A stretch of 64,000 nt of DNA, taken from Oikopleura dioica. Lineage: Eukaryota; Animalia; Chordata. The position numbers and the translations under genes are program-made. Below, piece by piece: positions 46,475 to 58,147 of this stretch. The stretch spans positions 4,650,001-4,714,000 of the forward strand of contig OU015569.1 in the NCBI GenBank assembly GCA_907165135.1. Reading direction: 5' to 3'. The notes beneath the pieces were generated by a model. The model made no database searches. It was not told the DNA's origin and was given only the letters and a program-made list of their open reading frames with translations. Numbering within the stretch: the stretch's first letter is position 1; every line of letters starts with the position of its first letter.

Positions 46475-47574
46475 ATGCTATCTCGCGCCTTCTGCTTCAC
46501 TCGGAATCGGGCGTTCTCGGTGCTCAAAGGAAACCGGGACAGATTTGGCGGCGTCAATGTTTATTCCTACGAGAATACAAGTTCCATGGACGATTTCCCC
46601 GAGACGCTGCAGAACTCGCTGGAGGAATGGAAACAGACGGGCGTCAGGGGAGCCTGGTTCCATGTTTCGGGAGCGCAGACTACTTGGGTAAGTGTGCTTC
46701 GTTTTGAGTTGTCTAATTTGTTAAGATTTCGCATCTGATTTCGGCCGGGTTCGAGTTCCATCACGCAAAGAACGACACTGCCGTATTGACCCGTTGGCTG
46801 CCCGAAGACGAGAGTTCTGGAATCCCCGAGTACCCGCACACCTACCTCGGCGTCGGGACGATCACCATCAACGCGAAAAACGAAATCCTTGTAATCAAGG
46901 AGAAAGTGCGCTTTTACAACAATTGGAAATTCCCCGGAGGATACGTCGACCGCGGAGAGAACATTCTTGACGCAGCCGTTCGAGAGGTTAAAGAAGAGAC
47001 TGGGGTGCAGACTGAAGCCCTCGGCTTGGTTGGATTTCGGCACGTTCTTCCACAGAAAGACATTCCCTTTCCTCCCTTCAAGTGTGCAGGTAGTCACATT
47101 TTCATAATCACTTTTCGGAATTTAAAGATAAATTAAATAATTTTATTTTGCGAAGCCACTTCGCGGCTATTTATTGAAGATCCTTCAGACCCTGACTGAA
47201 TCAGGCTGACACAGGTTTTCTACCCAGGCTCTCGAGTCACGATGTCCATATCTAGCAAGATTAAAAATAGATGGAAAAATTTTGGACAATTGACAAGTTT
47301 AAATTTAGACATTTACGCGATTTGCGCCCTGCGCCCCACGGGGGACGAAACGATTGTTCGCCAAGAGCGCGAAGTTTCCGAGGCCGAGTGGCTCCCCGTC
47401 GACGAGTTTCTGGAAAAAGGCTCTTTGCATAATACGCACTTCTTGAATGCGTATTTGAAAGCGAAGGATCAAAATGTTATAATCTCGCCGCACGACTTTT
47501 CGATGAAATATGGAAATGCAGATAGACACATGCTTATGTACTTTAATGATATTCTTGATTCGAGTTCCGATTGA
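46475..47574 (+). CDS. NUDT6: Nudix hydrolase, NUDT6-like
   Basis: Nudix box WKFPGGYVDRGENILDAAVREVKEETGV. NUDT6-type N-terminus DRFGGV, W...G.RG.W, AGFEFHHAK, LTRWLP, P.YPHTYLGVG. TTTCAG directly precedes AAATG. Confidence 0.92.
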
Positions 47575-47828
47575 ATCTGATTGAACTCTTTTTTCTCCTT
47601 CCAGTTCGAATAAAAATACCTCTTTCAACCAAAGTCTCAACGGGACTAGGCAACCTGAGATTGTTTTTATTTTATTGAGTTTCTGGGTCAGGAGGTCTGT
47701 AAAGAAGTGAGTGGGATAAAGTTAGGTATAATTATCAATTCGTTCATTCACAATGATATCGATAAAATGTGACGCTTTTGAATCTAATGGTCAGTGAAAA
47801 ATTATCAAGCGGCAGTGGAGTAAGTGAC

Positions 47829-48646
47829 TTATTCGAGTTCGGCGAGTTTTCTTTCGAACTCTTGGATTTTTTCGTCGCAGTTGGTCAAATTTCGCGAAGG
47901 CTCCCAAGTAGCTGACTTGCGTGGCCAGTACTTCCAGATGACTTTGTATTGGAAGCCTCGTCCCCAGCGACGCTTGTCGATGATTTCATCCACTTCCCAT
48001 TCGGTCATATCGACCGGCGGTTTGACAGGTTCCTCGTCGGATTGCTCGTCTTCTTCTGTGTAGTCGAACTCGGGCGAGATCTTTGCCGATCGCTTCCTTT
48101 TCGGCGAGCTGCGATTCGAGGAATTAGAGGAAGAGTACTCAAACTCCTTGGTAGTGTCTTCAGAAATCTTCTTCTGTTCTACGACCGGTTGATTTTCGGG
48201 AAAGTCTTGAAGCTCTTCTTCGTCGGACGGGTACTCCCGGAGAGATGCCTCGTATCGGACTACTTCTCCAAGGTTTTGAATCTCATCCAGCGCCCAGTAA
48301 CGAGTCTTGTTACCTTGCTCCATCTAAAATAAAAATGTTAGGGCGATATTTTGACACCATTAAAAATATCAAACCCTTAGATCTACTAAGACACTCTCGA
48401 AATTGAGGAAAGCTAGGCTTGGCAACCTATGTAGAAAACCAGAGCCAGGGTTCTGAAAGAGCTATAATGAAAAGCGGCATGTTGAAAAACCTTATCTGTA
48501 TGATAATCGATTACGTGAATCATCTTTATAGATTTTTCTTGCGAGCTAACCTTGTAGTGGACCATGTTGTTGATGATCTTCCTGTCTGAAATCGTTGTCA
48601 TGAAGTCGGTTCTTTTCAGATTTCCCCGTTTCACTACTTTGTTCAT
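47829..48646 (-). CDS. Chromodomain protein (intact C-terminal chromodomain plus a degenerate N-terminal one)
   Basis: WEVDEIIDKRRWGRGFQYKVIWKYWPRKSATWEPSRNLTNC. The upstream exon MNKVV...ISDRKIINNMVHYK joins in phase 0 to MEQGNKTRYW. Confidence 0.8.
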
Positions 48647-49249
48647 TTTTCTTTCACTCAGTTATTCTCTCCCTTTAATTTATTCTTTTGGGATACCGGC
48701 AAGACAATCCCATGCAGCAATTAAAAAAAAAAACTGATAAGATGAGAAACTAACTTTCCTGGAGATATTGTTGCTTGGTTCAACCATTTTGACTCCTTGA
48801 GGATTCTCTATTTTTAGATTCAGATTTTTTTTTTTTTTGAGTTTCTTTCTTTCTTTGGAATTTAACAACACTCATGTCCCTCGGGGCGCCCTGGCGCGTT
48901 TTCGCACGATCGACCACGAACCCAGAGGAGCAAATTCTATTTGCTTCTCTTCGTTCAAACCATTTTTCAGAACCGTGAAGCTCCCATGATTATTGCTCTA
49001 GATTTCAGGGTTGCACAAACAGCCCATTTGAATGGACGCGAAAATATCGAACAAACTGACACAGTTTTTTAATGAAAAATCAGCAATCTGAATTGGCATA
49101 ACCTGATTTCGCATTTTTGTCTTGAATTTAGTTGTTTATTTTACACGATAGCAGATTAAGGTTAGACTTTGTTTCCGTCGGAAGACTCGATCTCGCCGTC
49201 ATTCGGAAAGCAACTGTTCATTGTCGAGTTTCGTTTCTTAAAAAAGCCT

Positions 49250-49966
49250 TCAATAAAATGAGGGGTGGTGTAATAAAACAGATTTCATCTTTGAATTGCA
49301 CCTCTTATCTGATACCATTTCTTTATTACCTTTGTCCGTGGATAGTTCCGCTCTCGCAGGCTCTTTCGGAACCGCCTGTAGCTTCGCTTGAAACTCACGT
49401 CTTTCATGAGCATCAGTCGAGAGGGGTCTGAAAAGTAAAAAAAGAAAATGAAGTAAAATCAATACCAACCAGCTGGCGTCGCGAATGAAAGGACTTCGTG
49501 AAACATGCAGAATGAGAAATAAAGGATCGCCGCCCAGCCGAATATGACCAACGCTGTCAAGGTCTTTCCTGGGTTTAATAAATAACGTGCACACTGTTTT
49601 CAATTGAAAGAGCAGAAAAATGTTCAACCCGTGTCCAGTCGGACCAATTTGGCTGATCCAAATATTCTTCGTCGATTTCCGAAGTGTCCATAGTTTCCTT
49701 CAAATCAAAAAATTAAATTTTCACGGTATTTTATTAAAGTCGTGTGAAAATGCCGTTTGCGGCTTCGCTTAAAGCCGCGCTAAATGCGGCTACTTATAGT
49801 CACAAGCGGCTTCTCAAATTTTGTAAAGAAGTCAAAGAAAAAAAATGATATTGGTACTAAGGATTTGAGCGTAAGAAGAGAAAGCTCTTAATCCCACCTC
49901 CATGATTTCATGCAGCAAGTCAGACATTTTCTTCATCTTCAGTCTCAGCTGAATTTTGTTCAACAT
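49250..49966 (-). CDS. Small putative membrane protein, unknown
   Basis: Phase-consistent exons MLNKIQL...HEIME / ETMDTSEIDEEY / KTLTALVIFGWAAILYFSFCMF (TM) / basic tail. One intron is unusually short, so the model is tentative. Confidence 0.35.
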
Positions 49967-50473
49967 CGTATTGTTATGTTTCGTATAATTGAAAAGTTTT
50001 GTTATTTCGTCTCTACCTCAGTTTCTCTGTTTGGTGTGTTTTTTTGGCTTTGGAATTAAATTGCTGGCCCCTATTGAGCTGTAAATAGGTCACTTCTGTT
50101 TGAGCCTCAAAGAAATGGAATCAATAAAGACATCAGACAACGAGCGAAGGAAGAAATTCATTTATTCAGAAATTCGATAATCTCATCAAATGATAATAAT
50201 AAATGGGATGGATACAAGCACCATTTGATCGAGCCCGCGATTACTGGCCACGAGAATAATAAATTGATGTCCCAGCTACTATAGTTGAATTATGATTTCA
50301 TGCAAAAAAAAGAAAGAATAACACAGAGCTAGAAACTTCGATTTGGAATTTGGAGCTCATATTTTTTTTAATTTCCTGAAAGGGAATTTATTTTTCAATG
50401 GTTAGATATGAAAAGGATATATTTTTTGATTACAGTTGATTAAATAAATAGCTTGAGACGAGTATTCGACGAG

Positions 50474-51039
50474 TTATTTCTCCGATTTCCATATGTGAAT
50501 GCCGTACACGCCTTGGTAGTACATCATGAGAACTGTGCCTTGAAACAGTTTTGAATATTTTTCCCAGATTAAAATATCTAAACGAATTGAAGTATTCGTG
50601 ATGTTTGAAAACTGGTTCCTTTGACGGCTTGAAATTCACTGTGGAAAGCTTTTCCAATGACAATATTCCAGCCAACGCCGAACTTCTTATTTAATACTTC
50701 AAATGTTTCTAGAACAGTTGTCAGCATTTGTTATTATTCGAAATGTACCTTTAGCCGCGAGTCCGAACGGATGCTTCTCCAAAAGTCCGACAACGAGTTC
50801 TTGAATTTCTGTGCTCATTTCTTCATTCATGTCTGATTCTGGCAATACCAATGGAAATCTTAATTTCAAATTTACCGGTATTCCATAGTGTGGTCTATTT
50901 GCTCCTATTACTTCTTAAAATTTAACGCTTCCACAACGGATATAAGAAAGAACAACCAATATTGTTAGTAAACTTACTGATGTGCTTTGGCATGTTCAAC
51001 GTCAATATCTCGCCGCTCGTTTTCTTCTTCTTTGTTCAT
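50474..51039 (-). CDS. DNAL4: Dynein light chain type 1 family, DNAL4-like (absent from the ORF track)
   Basis: FPLVLPESDMNEEM..E.QELVVGLLEK, LNKKFGVGWNIVIGKAF, GTVLMMYYQGVYGIHIWKSEK* match the LC8/DNAL4 pattern (SDMPEEM, DKKFGSSWHVVIGEGF, LYFGGTLAVCVWK). The last intron is GA-AG. Confidence 0.8.
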
Positions 51040-52396
51040 TTTCCAATTTTGGGCGCGTATAAACTGATTGCGAGACTGAGAAGGAAACGATTCCTGCCTT
51101 GATAATAAAGAGATTCTAGAAATGTTGCTCACGTGATAGCAGGGAGATGAAGTCTTTCGTCATGAATCGCCTTTTATTTTGTTGGAAATATTTACAGAAA
51201 GGGAATAAATCAGAGCTTTTCGCTCTTCTTTGATGACGGCACGAAAGAAGGAGCTGTTTTGGCTTTGCGGCGCAATCTTCGAATCTGAAAATAAAAATGA
51301 GAAATAAAAGCATAATGCTCCGAACTCCATCCGCCAGAGGGCGCGCGGAAAAAGAGGTGGAAGAACGGAAAAGAGGTTGAAGAGCGCTCTTAAGTAGGGA
51401 GCCGGAGGAGAGTGCGCTGAGGAGCGCCAAGGGAGAACCTCCGGAGAGTACACACCGGGTGAGCAAGCACGGAAGGGAGCGCGAAGCCACCTAGTCCCAG
51501 CGTAAAGTGCGTCAATCTCTGTTCAAACACCGCTATCATTTCTGATCGCGTAGTACCCCCTGAATGAGCTAAATTTCGCTAAACTGATTTTTCACGCTCG
51601 TTTTTTTTGAAATTTTGAAAAATTTTTTTGAAATTTTGCGTTGAATCTAAATAAAGGGTCAAAAACATTAAATTTTGATGATAGAGTTTATTTTCAAGTT
51701 AAATGCCTGAAGATTGACGTGTTTTTCAACACATCGTTTTCCCCGGGCATTGAACTCCCCATTTCTGAGTGCAAGGCGATTATCTTCCTTCTACTCATAA
51801 ATGACTTTGCAGGTCTTAGCAACAGTATTTTTGCCCAGACCTGAAAGCTCTCCGATAGTGTGATGGTAGCTCTTGATGGCAGCCATTGGAGTTCGCTACC
51901 TTTATCCGCATCCGGAAGTGCTGGTTCTTTCCGTGTTATTTCTTCCCGTACTTCAAAAGAGGCATAACTCTCAGGGTTCGCTTCTGGGCCGATGTGAAAA
52001 ATATGAGGAACTTCTTTTGATCCCGCATCTTCAGGAATAAGGTCAACTTTTTTCTTTTAATTCCGTAAAACCCATATTCTGCTCGAAAAGAGCTTTCTTC
52101 TGATATATATACCCATGTATGTCCAAAGGTATGTCCAAAGAAACAACTCATCACTCTAACTTGCCTCTAGAATTGATAATAAAGTTGATACTAGCATGGG
52201 TAGAACAAAAATATCCCCTCCGCCCCTGCTGTGCTAACTCCCAGGTGTAACGCTCGATTAGCGTATTTGGGGCTTATCGCCAACTCATCAGTTCTCCCTG
52301 GACTCGCAATGTTCGGAGGATTCAGAGTCCTCCGCGCACCTTGCGCCCTCATGCGAGAAGAGTTCGGAGCATTGTGCTCGACATCCAAAAATGATT

Positions 52397-53698
52397 CTAG
52401 TCTGAAAAGATGTTTTGTACCTGTTGCAGTTCGTTTTTGTCCGCCAGCATTGGTGTGTACGAAACACTGCTAAAAAGCAGATGTGCATTTGGATCACTCT
52501 GCATCTCCTCCCAGTATCGCTTGTAGCCGTCCTTTAACAAGTAGATCTCGGGCCAGTCGAGTTCGGGATAGGCGTTCTTCTTGCGATCCATCGCGCGGAA
52601 GATGTTGTACATTCGCGGCCCGCGCTCTGAGCTAAACTCGCAGTGAAACACCATGATCCGGCGCCTCTTCTCGTCGAACTTCGTCAGTTTCTCATCGAAA
52701 AATTGCGCCAGCTGACTTTCTGCCTGTCCATTGTCGCTTTGCCCCTACAAAGACATTCGGTTTAACATGTTCCGTTAGAGAAGTTCAGCTCACCTGTGAC
52801 GTAATATTATGCGCGTTTTTTATGTGGCCTCCGTTGAACTCGTATGGATATCGCGCGTCGATAATCTCGATTCTCTCCACATTCGGGTGACCGTTTACGA
52901 GCAAATCTCTCAACACTATCGGCTCTATATATTTGAAGCTGCCACGCGGACCCGTTACAATGTCCAACAGACACTAGGAGGTTTTATTATCAAAGGAGAA
53001 AGGTGCCAAGTTCTTACCTTGGCTTTGAAATTTCCAATGAGATTTCCTTCTTCGTCTGTTGCGAAATTCAAAAAGTCCTTTGACGTGTCGATAACCGGCG
53101 CGTGGAAGCCCTGCCGGTGCTTTTTCTTCAGTGGTTCTCTTGGGGACGAGACAGACTGACTGTAGCCAGTTGTGGACATTCGTTTTCTTTTCGTGTGCAT
53201 TTGGCCATTTGCTAACCCGTCGAAGTTGTGATTTTCCTGGTCGTCCTCTAAATTGATGATTAATTTGGCAAATGATAGTTAGAAGGTAACCTTTATTGTC
53301 GAAAACATCTGAATCGCCCTCGCTTTCTTCTAGTGCCTGTATACTTTCCTTCAGACGAAAAGGTGTGCTTGATATCGATGTCTTGAACATTTGGCTTGCG
53401 ATGAGCGGCGAACAGGGAATCGAGTCGCATCGCTGGACAAATCTAAAAAAGCTTGACTGTTTTCTTCGTTGATTTCAACTTACGAGTTAGATCGCAAAAA
53501 GGAGGGTGAGCCAGGTTCAGATTCCATCGTCAAGTTAAACGAATCATCCGATTTCAAAAAGGATTCTTTTCTGGCATCTCTTACTGGCGAGTCGGAAACG
53601 CGTTCCCTGAATCCGACCGACCTCAGTCTCATTCTCTTTATGTCGGCGCTTATGCCTCTCGTCGGCGTGCTTATATCTGTAGCGTTGAGTTTATTCAT
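52397..53698 (-). CDS. CDC25: Cdc25 dual-specificity phosphatase
   Basis: Catalytic HCEFSSERGP, IIDARYPYEFNGGHIKNA, EGNLIGNF, YPEL..PEIYLLKDGYK. Spliced N-terminal regulatory region with SP/TP sites. Confidence 0.95.
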
Positions 53699-53716
53699 TT
53701 GCAATAATTTTGAAAA

Positions 53717-53808
53717 TTTGGCGGTTTTGGAATTTCACTCGATGTGAGTGCGAAATGGTTCGGCATGCAGGGCAATACACCAATTTCAAGCTGTCAGGGG
53801 CGCCAAAA
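53717..53808. promoter_or_regulatory. Two E2F-like sites in the cdc25 / RING bidirectional promoter
   Basis: TTTGGCGG at 53717-53724 and GGCGCCAAAA (reverse TTTTGGCGCC) at 53799-53808. Confidence 0.4.
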
Positions 53809-54158
53809 AGATCGCAGTACGATAGTCAGAGAAAAATGAATTTTTCGGTTTCTACTTTATCGATGAAAATAATCAACCACCTGCAGAGCCTCTGAGGCTG
53901 ACAGCTCTTTTGTGAAATTTTTACTCAGTTTTAACGGAGAAAATAATAATTTTTTTTTTGAATAATCATGATCATGGTTAGTCCCGATCAAAAAGCATCG
54001 ACTTCACTTATGGGTTTGCTCAGATTTTCTCAAGGAATGAATCCTATTTTTCATCGATGATATTTATATAAACCGATTTGTCGTAATTTTTCAACTCGTT
54101 TGTATAAAAGAATCCAGCTTCCTAAAAAGGTTACATAAAGTTTGACGGAAGAAAACCA

Positions 54159-55026
54159 ATGAAGAAATTTAAAAATTTCTTTTTGAAACTTCAGCGAAAG
54201 CGGGAGATAAAAAAGTCAGTACCTTTTGAATTCGAAGAGGAGGCAACTCACAGTGAGAAGGCTTTTCCGAATACTACACAGACATCATCAGTTTTTGGTT
54301 TGATTTTAGATAGCAGTTTTAATGATATAACGCGGTCAAAAAGAGTTAAACCTTTGAAAGTCGATGACTTGATCGCAAAAGTCGAAGAGCTCAAGTTGAA
54401 GTCGAAACAATGCGAAGATAAGATAGAAATTGGACTGGATGTTCATGAAGCAATTCGGCAATACGGCAAAGTGAATTGGAGATTCCTTGAACTTCTGGAA
54501 GAAAACTCCCATGACAGCTACATTTTTGATAATTTACTTGAAGAAGAGAGTAAACTTATGATTTCAAAGCTTCGCCGTAGAGATACGGAGTTAAAACGCC
54601 AATATGAGCGCTGCGAAGAGAGAATTCTAGCTCAAGGAGACGAGAAAGATACTGTTGACGAGGAAATCAAGAATATCAAAAAGAAGGTCTATAAAGGAAG
54701 CGTTTCAATTGAGCATTTGAACGATTTGATACCATAATAGTTGAAACTGCGAAAAGTGCTTGCCGACAAAGAGGACGATGAAGATGCAAACACATGCTCT
54801 ATCTGCTGGGAGCAGTACGATCAGGAAAATCATCGACGTTCCTGCCTCACTGTTTGCGGTCATCAATTCGGAAGCTCCTGCATAAAGGTCGTTGAAAACA
54901 AAACGATAAATGGACAGAATAATAATACAGTTATTTCAACCATAAAAGACACAATTCGAGTACAATTCGAGATGCCCAGCATGCAATAAAACTGCGAAGA
55001 AGACTCATATTTTACCATTGTTTTAA
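54159..55026 (+). CDS. Coiled-coil + C-terminal RING finger protein (RFWD3-type RING, no WD40)
   Basis: Spliced CSICWEQYDQENHRRSCLTVCGHQFGSSCIK-TQFEYNSRCPACNK. Two phase-0 GT-AG introns. Stop at 55024-55026. Confidence 0.85.
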
Positions 55027-55150
55027 ATATAAGTCTTAATAAATCTGCGTCTACTGATTTCAGGCTCAAACAAATTCGTGCATTTATTCACATGTGTAAG
55101 GATACAGAGCTCATCACAATCATTTCTGCTCATTTTCATGTAGTCTTGCA

Positions 55151-55480
55151 TTAGAGATCGCATGCGTCCAAATCGCCACCTTCCATGTAGTAGCCATCCA
55201 TTAGCTCGCCATAAAGACAAGCAGAGGTAAACGCGTCATCCGCTTCGAGTGTCCAGCCGACCGAATATTTCAGAAGGCAGAGCTCGGCGACTTCATTGTA
55301 ACTGTAGCAGTGGCACTCCCAAGTATGTCGGCAGCGCTCGATAGCCTCGTCCATCGATTGGCATTTAAAAGAGCAGATTCCAGCGGCCACTTGTAAAATT
55401 ATCTAAAACTTTCTCGTCAGAAGGAATTTCAAAAAACGCAAGACAATATCAGAATTAACTCTTACCGAAATGATTTTCAT
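55151..55480 (-). CDS. Small secreted PAN/apple-like Cys-rich protein
   Basis: MKIIS-IILQVAAG signal. C..RC...WECHCYSY....LCLLK...TSAC resembles PAN/apple spacing. Confidence 0.6.
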
Positions 55481-55744
55481 ATTCTTCTGATTTCGCTTTT
55501 TCAAATTCTCAGAGTTTGATATTTTTCTCTCTTCTGTGATCTTTTTTGAGCGGACACTATCTGCTTTGTTAGTGAGAACTGATGGGCGTAAAAATGCATC
55601 GTGATATTTATTTTCTGGTTATAAGATTAAATTTATTCAAGGTCAGCTGTTTATGATCTCAAAGATCTTTGAGAATATCTCGCGAAGTGTGTTTGGCTTT
55701 GTTAACGTTTTGTTACAGACAAAATGGTGAGCAACGGCGCAAAC

Positions 55745-56334
55745 CTATACACGGTCAAGTTCGACTTTGATCTGCTTGTCATCGACAAAGGAAACGATCT
55801 TCGCTTTCGCGCGAACTGACTTTGGACGGTCTTTCTCCTGGAACCGCTTCTGAAATATGCACGTTTAAGAGAGCGCCTTTACAAAGCGGTACTTTCCTTA
55901 GGGAAGTTCCCAATTTTCAACAATTATTCAACATTGAACCAAAAAATTATGACCCTCTTCACAATCTGACTCACCTTAATCACATAAACGACAAAACGTA
56001 GCAGCAGCCCAGTTATCTGAAGAAAAAATAAAAGTCAACGAGTATTACTCAACATCGATGTAAAATTATAACTACGTAAACAATTGCAACGCACCCATAG
56101 CCCTATAAATGCTAGCACCGATATGGCAGTCCATGCTTCTACTGTTAGATTTTTCCACGTTAGGGTTGTCAGTGTAACTGCATTTGACGTGGTCGTTGAC
56201 AAGATCGTCGAAGTGATACGAGCCGTCGACTTTTCCAGCGCTCTGCTGGTTTCATCTTCTGCTAGGCTTGTAGCAATAGAATTTGTCTCTGAGAGTGGAA
56301 AAGTAGAAACTGACGAATTCTGCGTTGGGTTCAT
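55745..56334 (-). CDS. Mucin-like single-pass membrane protein (3' part; 5' end unresolved)
   Basis: S/T-rich ORF 56035-56334 spliced in phase 0 to ITGLLLRFVVYVIK and KRFQEKDRPK...ELDRV*. TM segment AWTAISVLAFIGLWITGLLL. Confidence 0.55.
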
Positions 56335-56784
56335 CTAACTAGTCTCGCAACTGGCTGGAACATGTATTGAGTGGAGCGAAACTGAAGTGAGGAAGAGTAC
56401 TGACAGAAAACTAAATTATAGATACTGCGGAGACACAAGAATGTAGCCACCGACACATGCTTCAGCGTGATCGCGCTTATCAATCATTTACCCCAGATCT
56501 ACAACTCTTATCCCAACACGAAACAGTTCCATAGAACATAAAAATTATTAAACTCGTATTTGATGATCATCATTAGTAATAAAAATTGATCAAAATAATC
56601 CGGGTAATATAAATATAAAATAAAACAATTTGATGAGCAGTAAGGATTCCTTCGAAATCGATCGGACAAGAAATTGAGACAAGCTAAATGAGTAAGAGAT
56701 CCTTTGGGAGCTTTGATCTTGAAACTTGGCATCTGTAACTTCACACCCACTTCAAAAAGTACCAAATAGAGAAATTAGGCGAAA

Positions 56785-57782
56785 ATGAGCTGGAAGGTAT
56801 GGAAGCTCAACGATGAAACAATCATCTTTAGATTAAGCAATCTAGCAAGTGCTGCCGACGCCGTTTGCGATCGCGATAGCCGCAGGAACGTGGTACAATG
56901 ACTCGAAACGCAATGGCGCGCTCAACCAGCTGAACAGCAGAAGGGAGATCGTCAACAACCAACTCATGCGAATGTACGCGCCTCTTTACGGAAATCGACT
57001 GATTCACTCTTCCAACTTGAAAGCGCTCGAGAAGAAGGTCGGCAAGTGCGTCAATCAACATCTTGTTGATATTTGCGACAAAAAGGTTATTTCATTGTAC
57101 TTTTAGCCTTGCTTAATCTTTTTAAAAGGACAAGGACGCGTTGGAGAACTGGCGCGGTTTTTACCGACGGTCACTTTCTGCTCTGGACAAAGATGCTGAG
57201 ATCGTTGTTCTTTTTGGCGGGGATTGCTTTTACGACGAAGAGACTAGACTCATAACAGAGGTAAATTCTTCTTCATAAAAACCTATAATGTTCTTATTGG
57301 GTCGTCCATGTTCAAACTCCCAGGTGATTAAAGACACTAAAATAAATTGCTTTCGTTTAGAAATTTATCGAACAAGTGGCTCGTTTCAGTCTGGGTTCAA
57401 TTAGCTGACCTCCTCGAATTTCGACAAGTGATACTTGTTACTTGGTCCGTTGACAGATTTTGAACCGAGTGATAGTTTCAATGAGGAAGTTTGGCGCGAG
57501 AATGGAAAGTGGGACAACAAGCAAGAGTTTCAAAATTAACAATTTACATAAATATGTTACTACGAATCTTTTGTGGAACTAACGATAGGAAAACTACGAT
57601 TCAACAGACTTTCAACCTGAAGTGAATAATATCAAATACGATATCCACAAAGGTTGGTCAATCTACTCTTTGGACAGCAAAGAACACTATTTCAAGAGTT
57701 CACCGATCTGATCACTGCTACTTTTCACAAGCTAGTCCAAGAGCGAAATGACCTCGATGATCAAATGAAGGGTTCAAAATAA
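56785..57782 (+). CDS. Uncharacterised multi-exon helical protein with an N-terminal hydrophobic segment
   Basis: MSWK-QVLPTPFAIAIAAGTWY...EIVNNQLMRMYAPLYGN...ALENWRGFY...KFIEQVARF...ATFHKLVQER*. The first four junctions are canonical and in phase; the path at 57.5-57.65 kb is unresolved. Confidence 0.7.
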
Positions 57783-58147
57783 ATCGTACTTTTGCGTCCA
57801 GTGACCAGTACTCAACCCTTTAAAAGTGCTTCATTTAATTCGCGCCACTTGAAAGCGAGCAGTCTTTTGGGAATATTTAATGTCTAATGCACTTGTTCAA
57901 TTTCTGTTCAATGTTCTGGCGAACGAGGAGAAATGCACTGTAGTTTTGCCGTATAGAATAACTGTTTTACTGCTAACGAAACTGAAATAAATAGATCGTC
58001 TTTCAAATCAGTTCTCAAAAGTTCAATAAATTACGGAAATTTATTCTGAAACGTAATTATCCAACAGTCTATTCGAGAACCTAATTGATTCTTTGGCAAA
58101 CAACAGTATTATACAGAAAATAAAGCGATAAAGAGGAAAACGAGCAC

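Larger units (their letters stand above)
44007..48452. repeat. Dispersed ~30-bp motif family (GGCAACC)TRTGTAGAAAACCTGAGTCAGGGT, 7 full or partial copies
   Basis: Copies at 44007(-), 44476(+), 44546(-), 45151(-), 45692(+), 47188(-, split) and 48421(+). The 44476 and 44546 copies form an inverted pair. Confidence 0.7.

Noticed and set aside
51116-52388. ORFs 51116-51490, 51160-51453 and 52191-52388, and an ATG-less open frame at about 51660-52060 (-)
   Set aside because: This may be a real gene between cdc25 and DNAL4, but there is no recognisable family and the frame choice is ambiguous.
53709-53724. CDE/CHR element upstream of cdc25
   Set aside because: TTTGAA and GGCGG are present, but in the wrong order and spacing on either strand.
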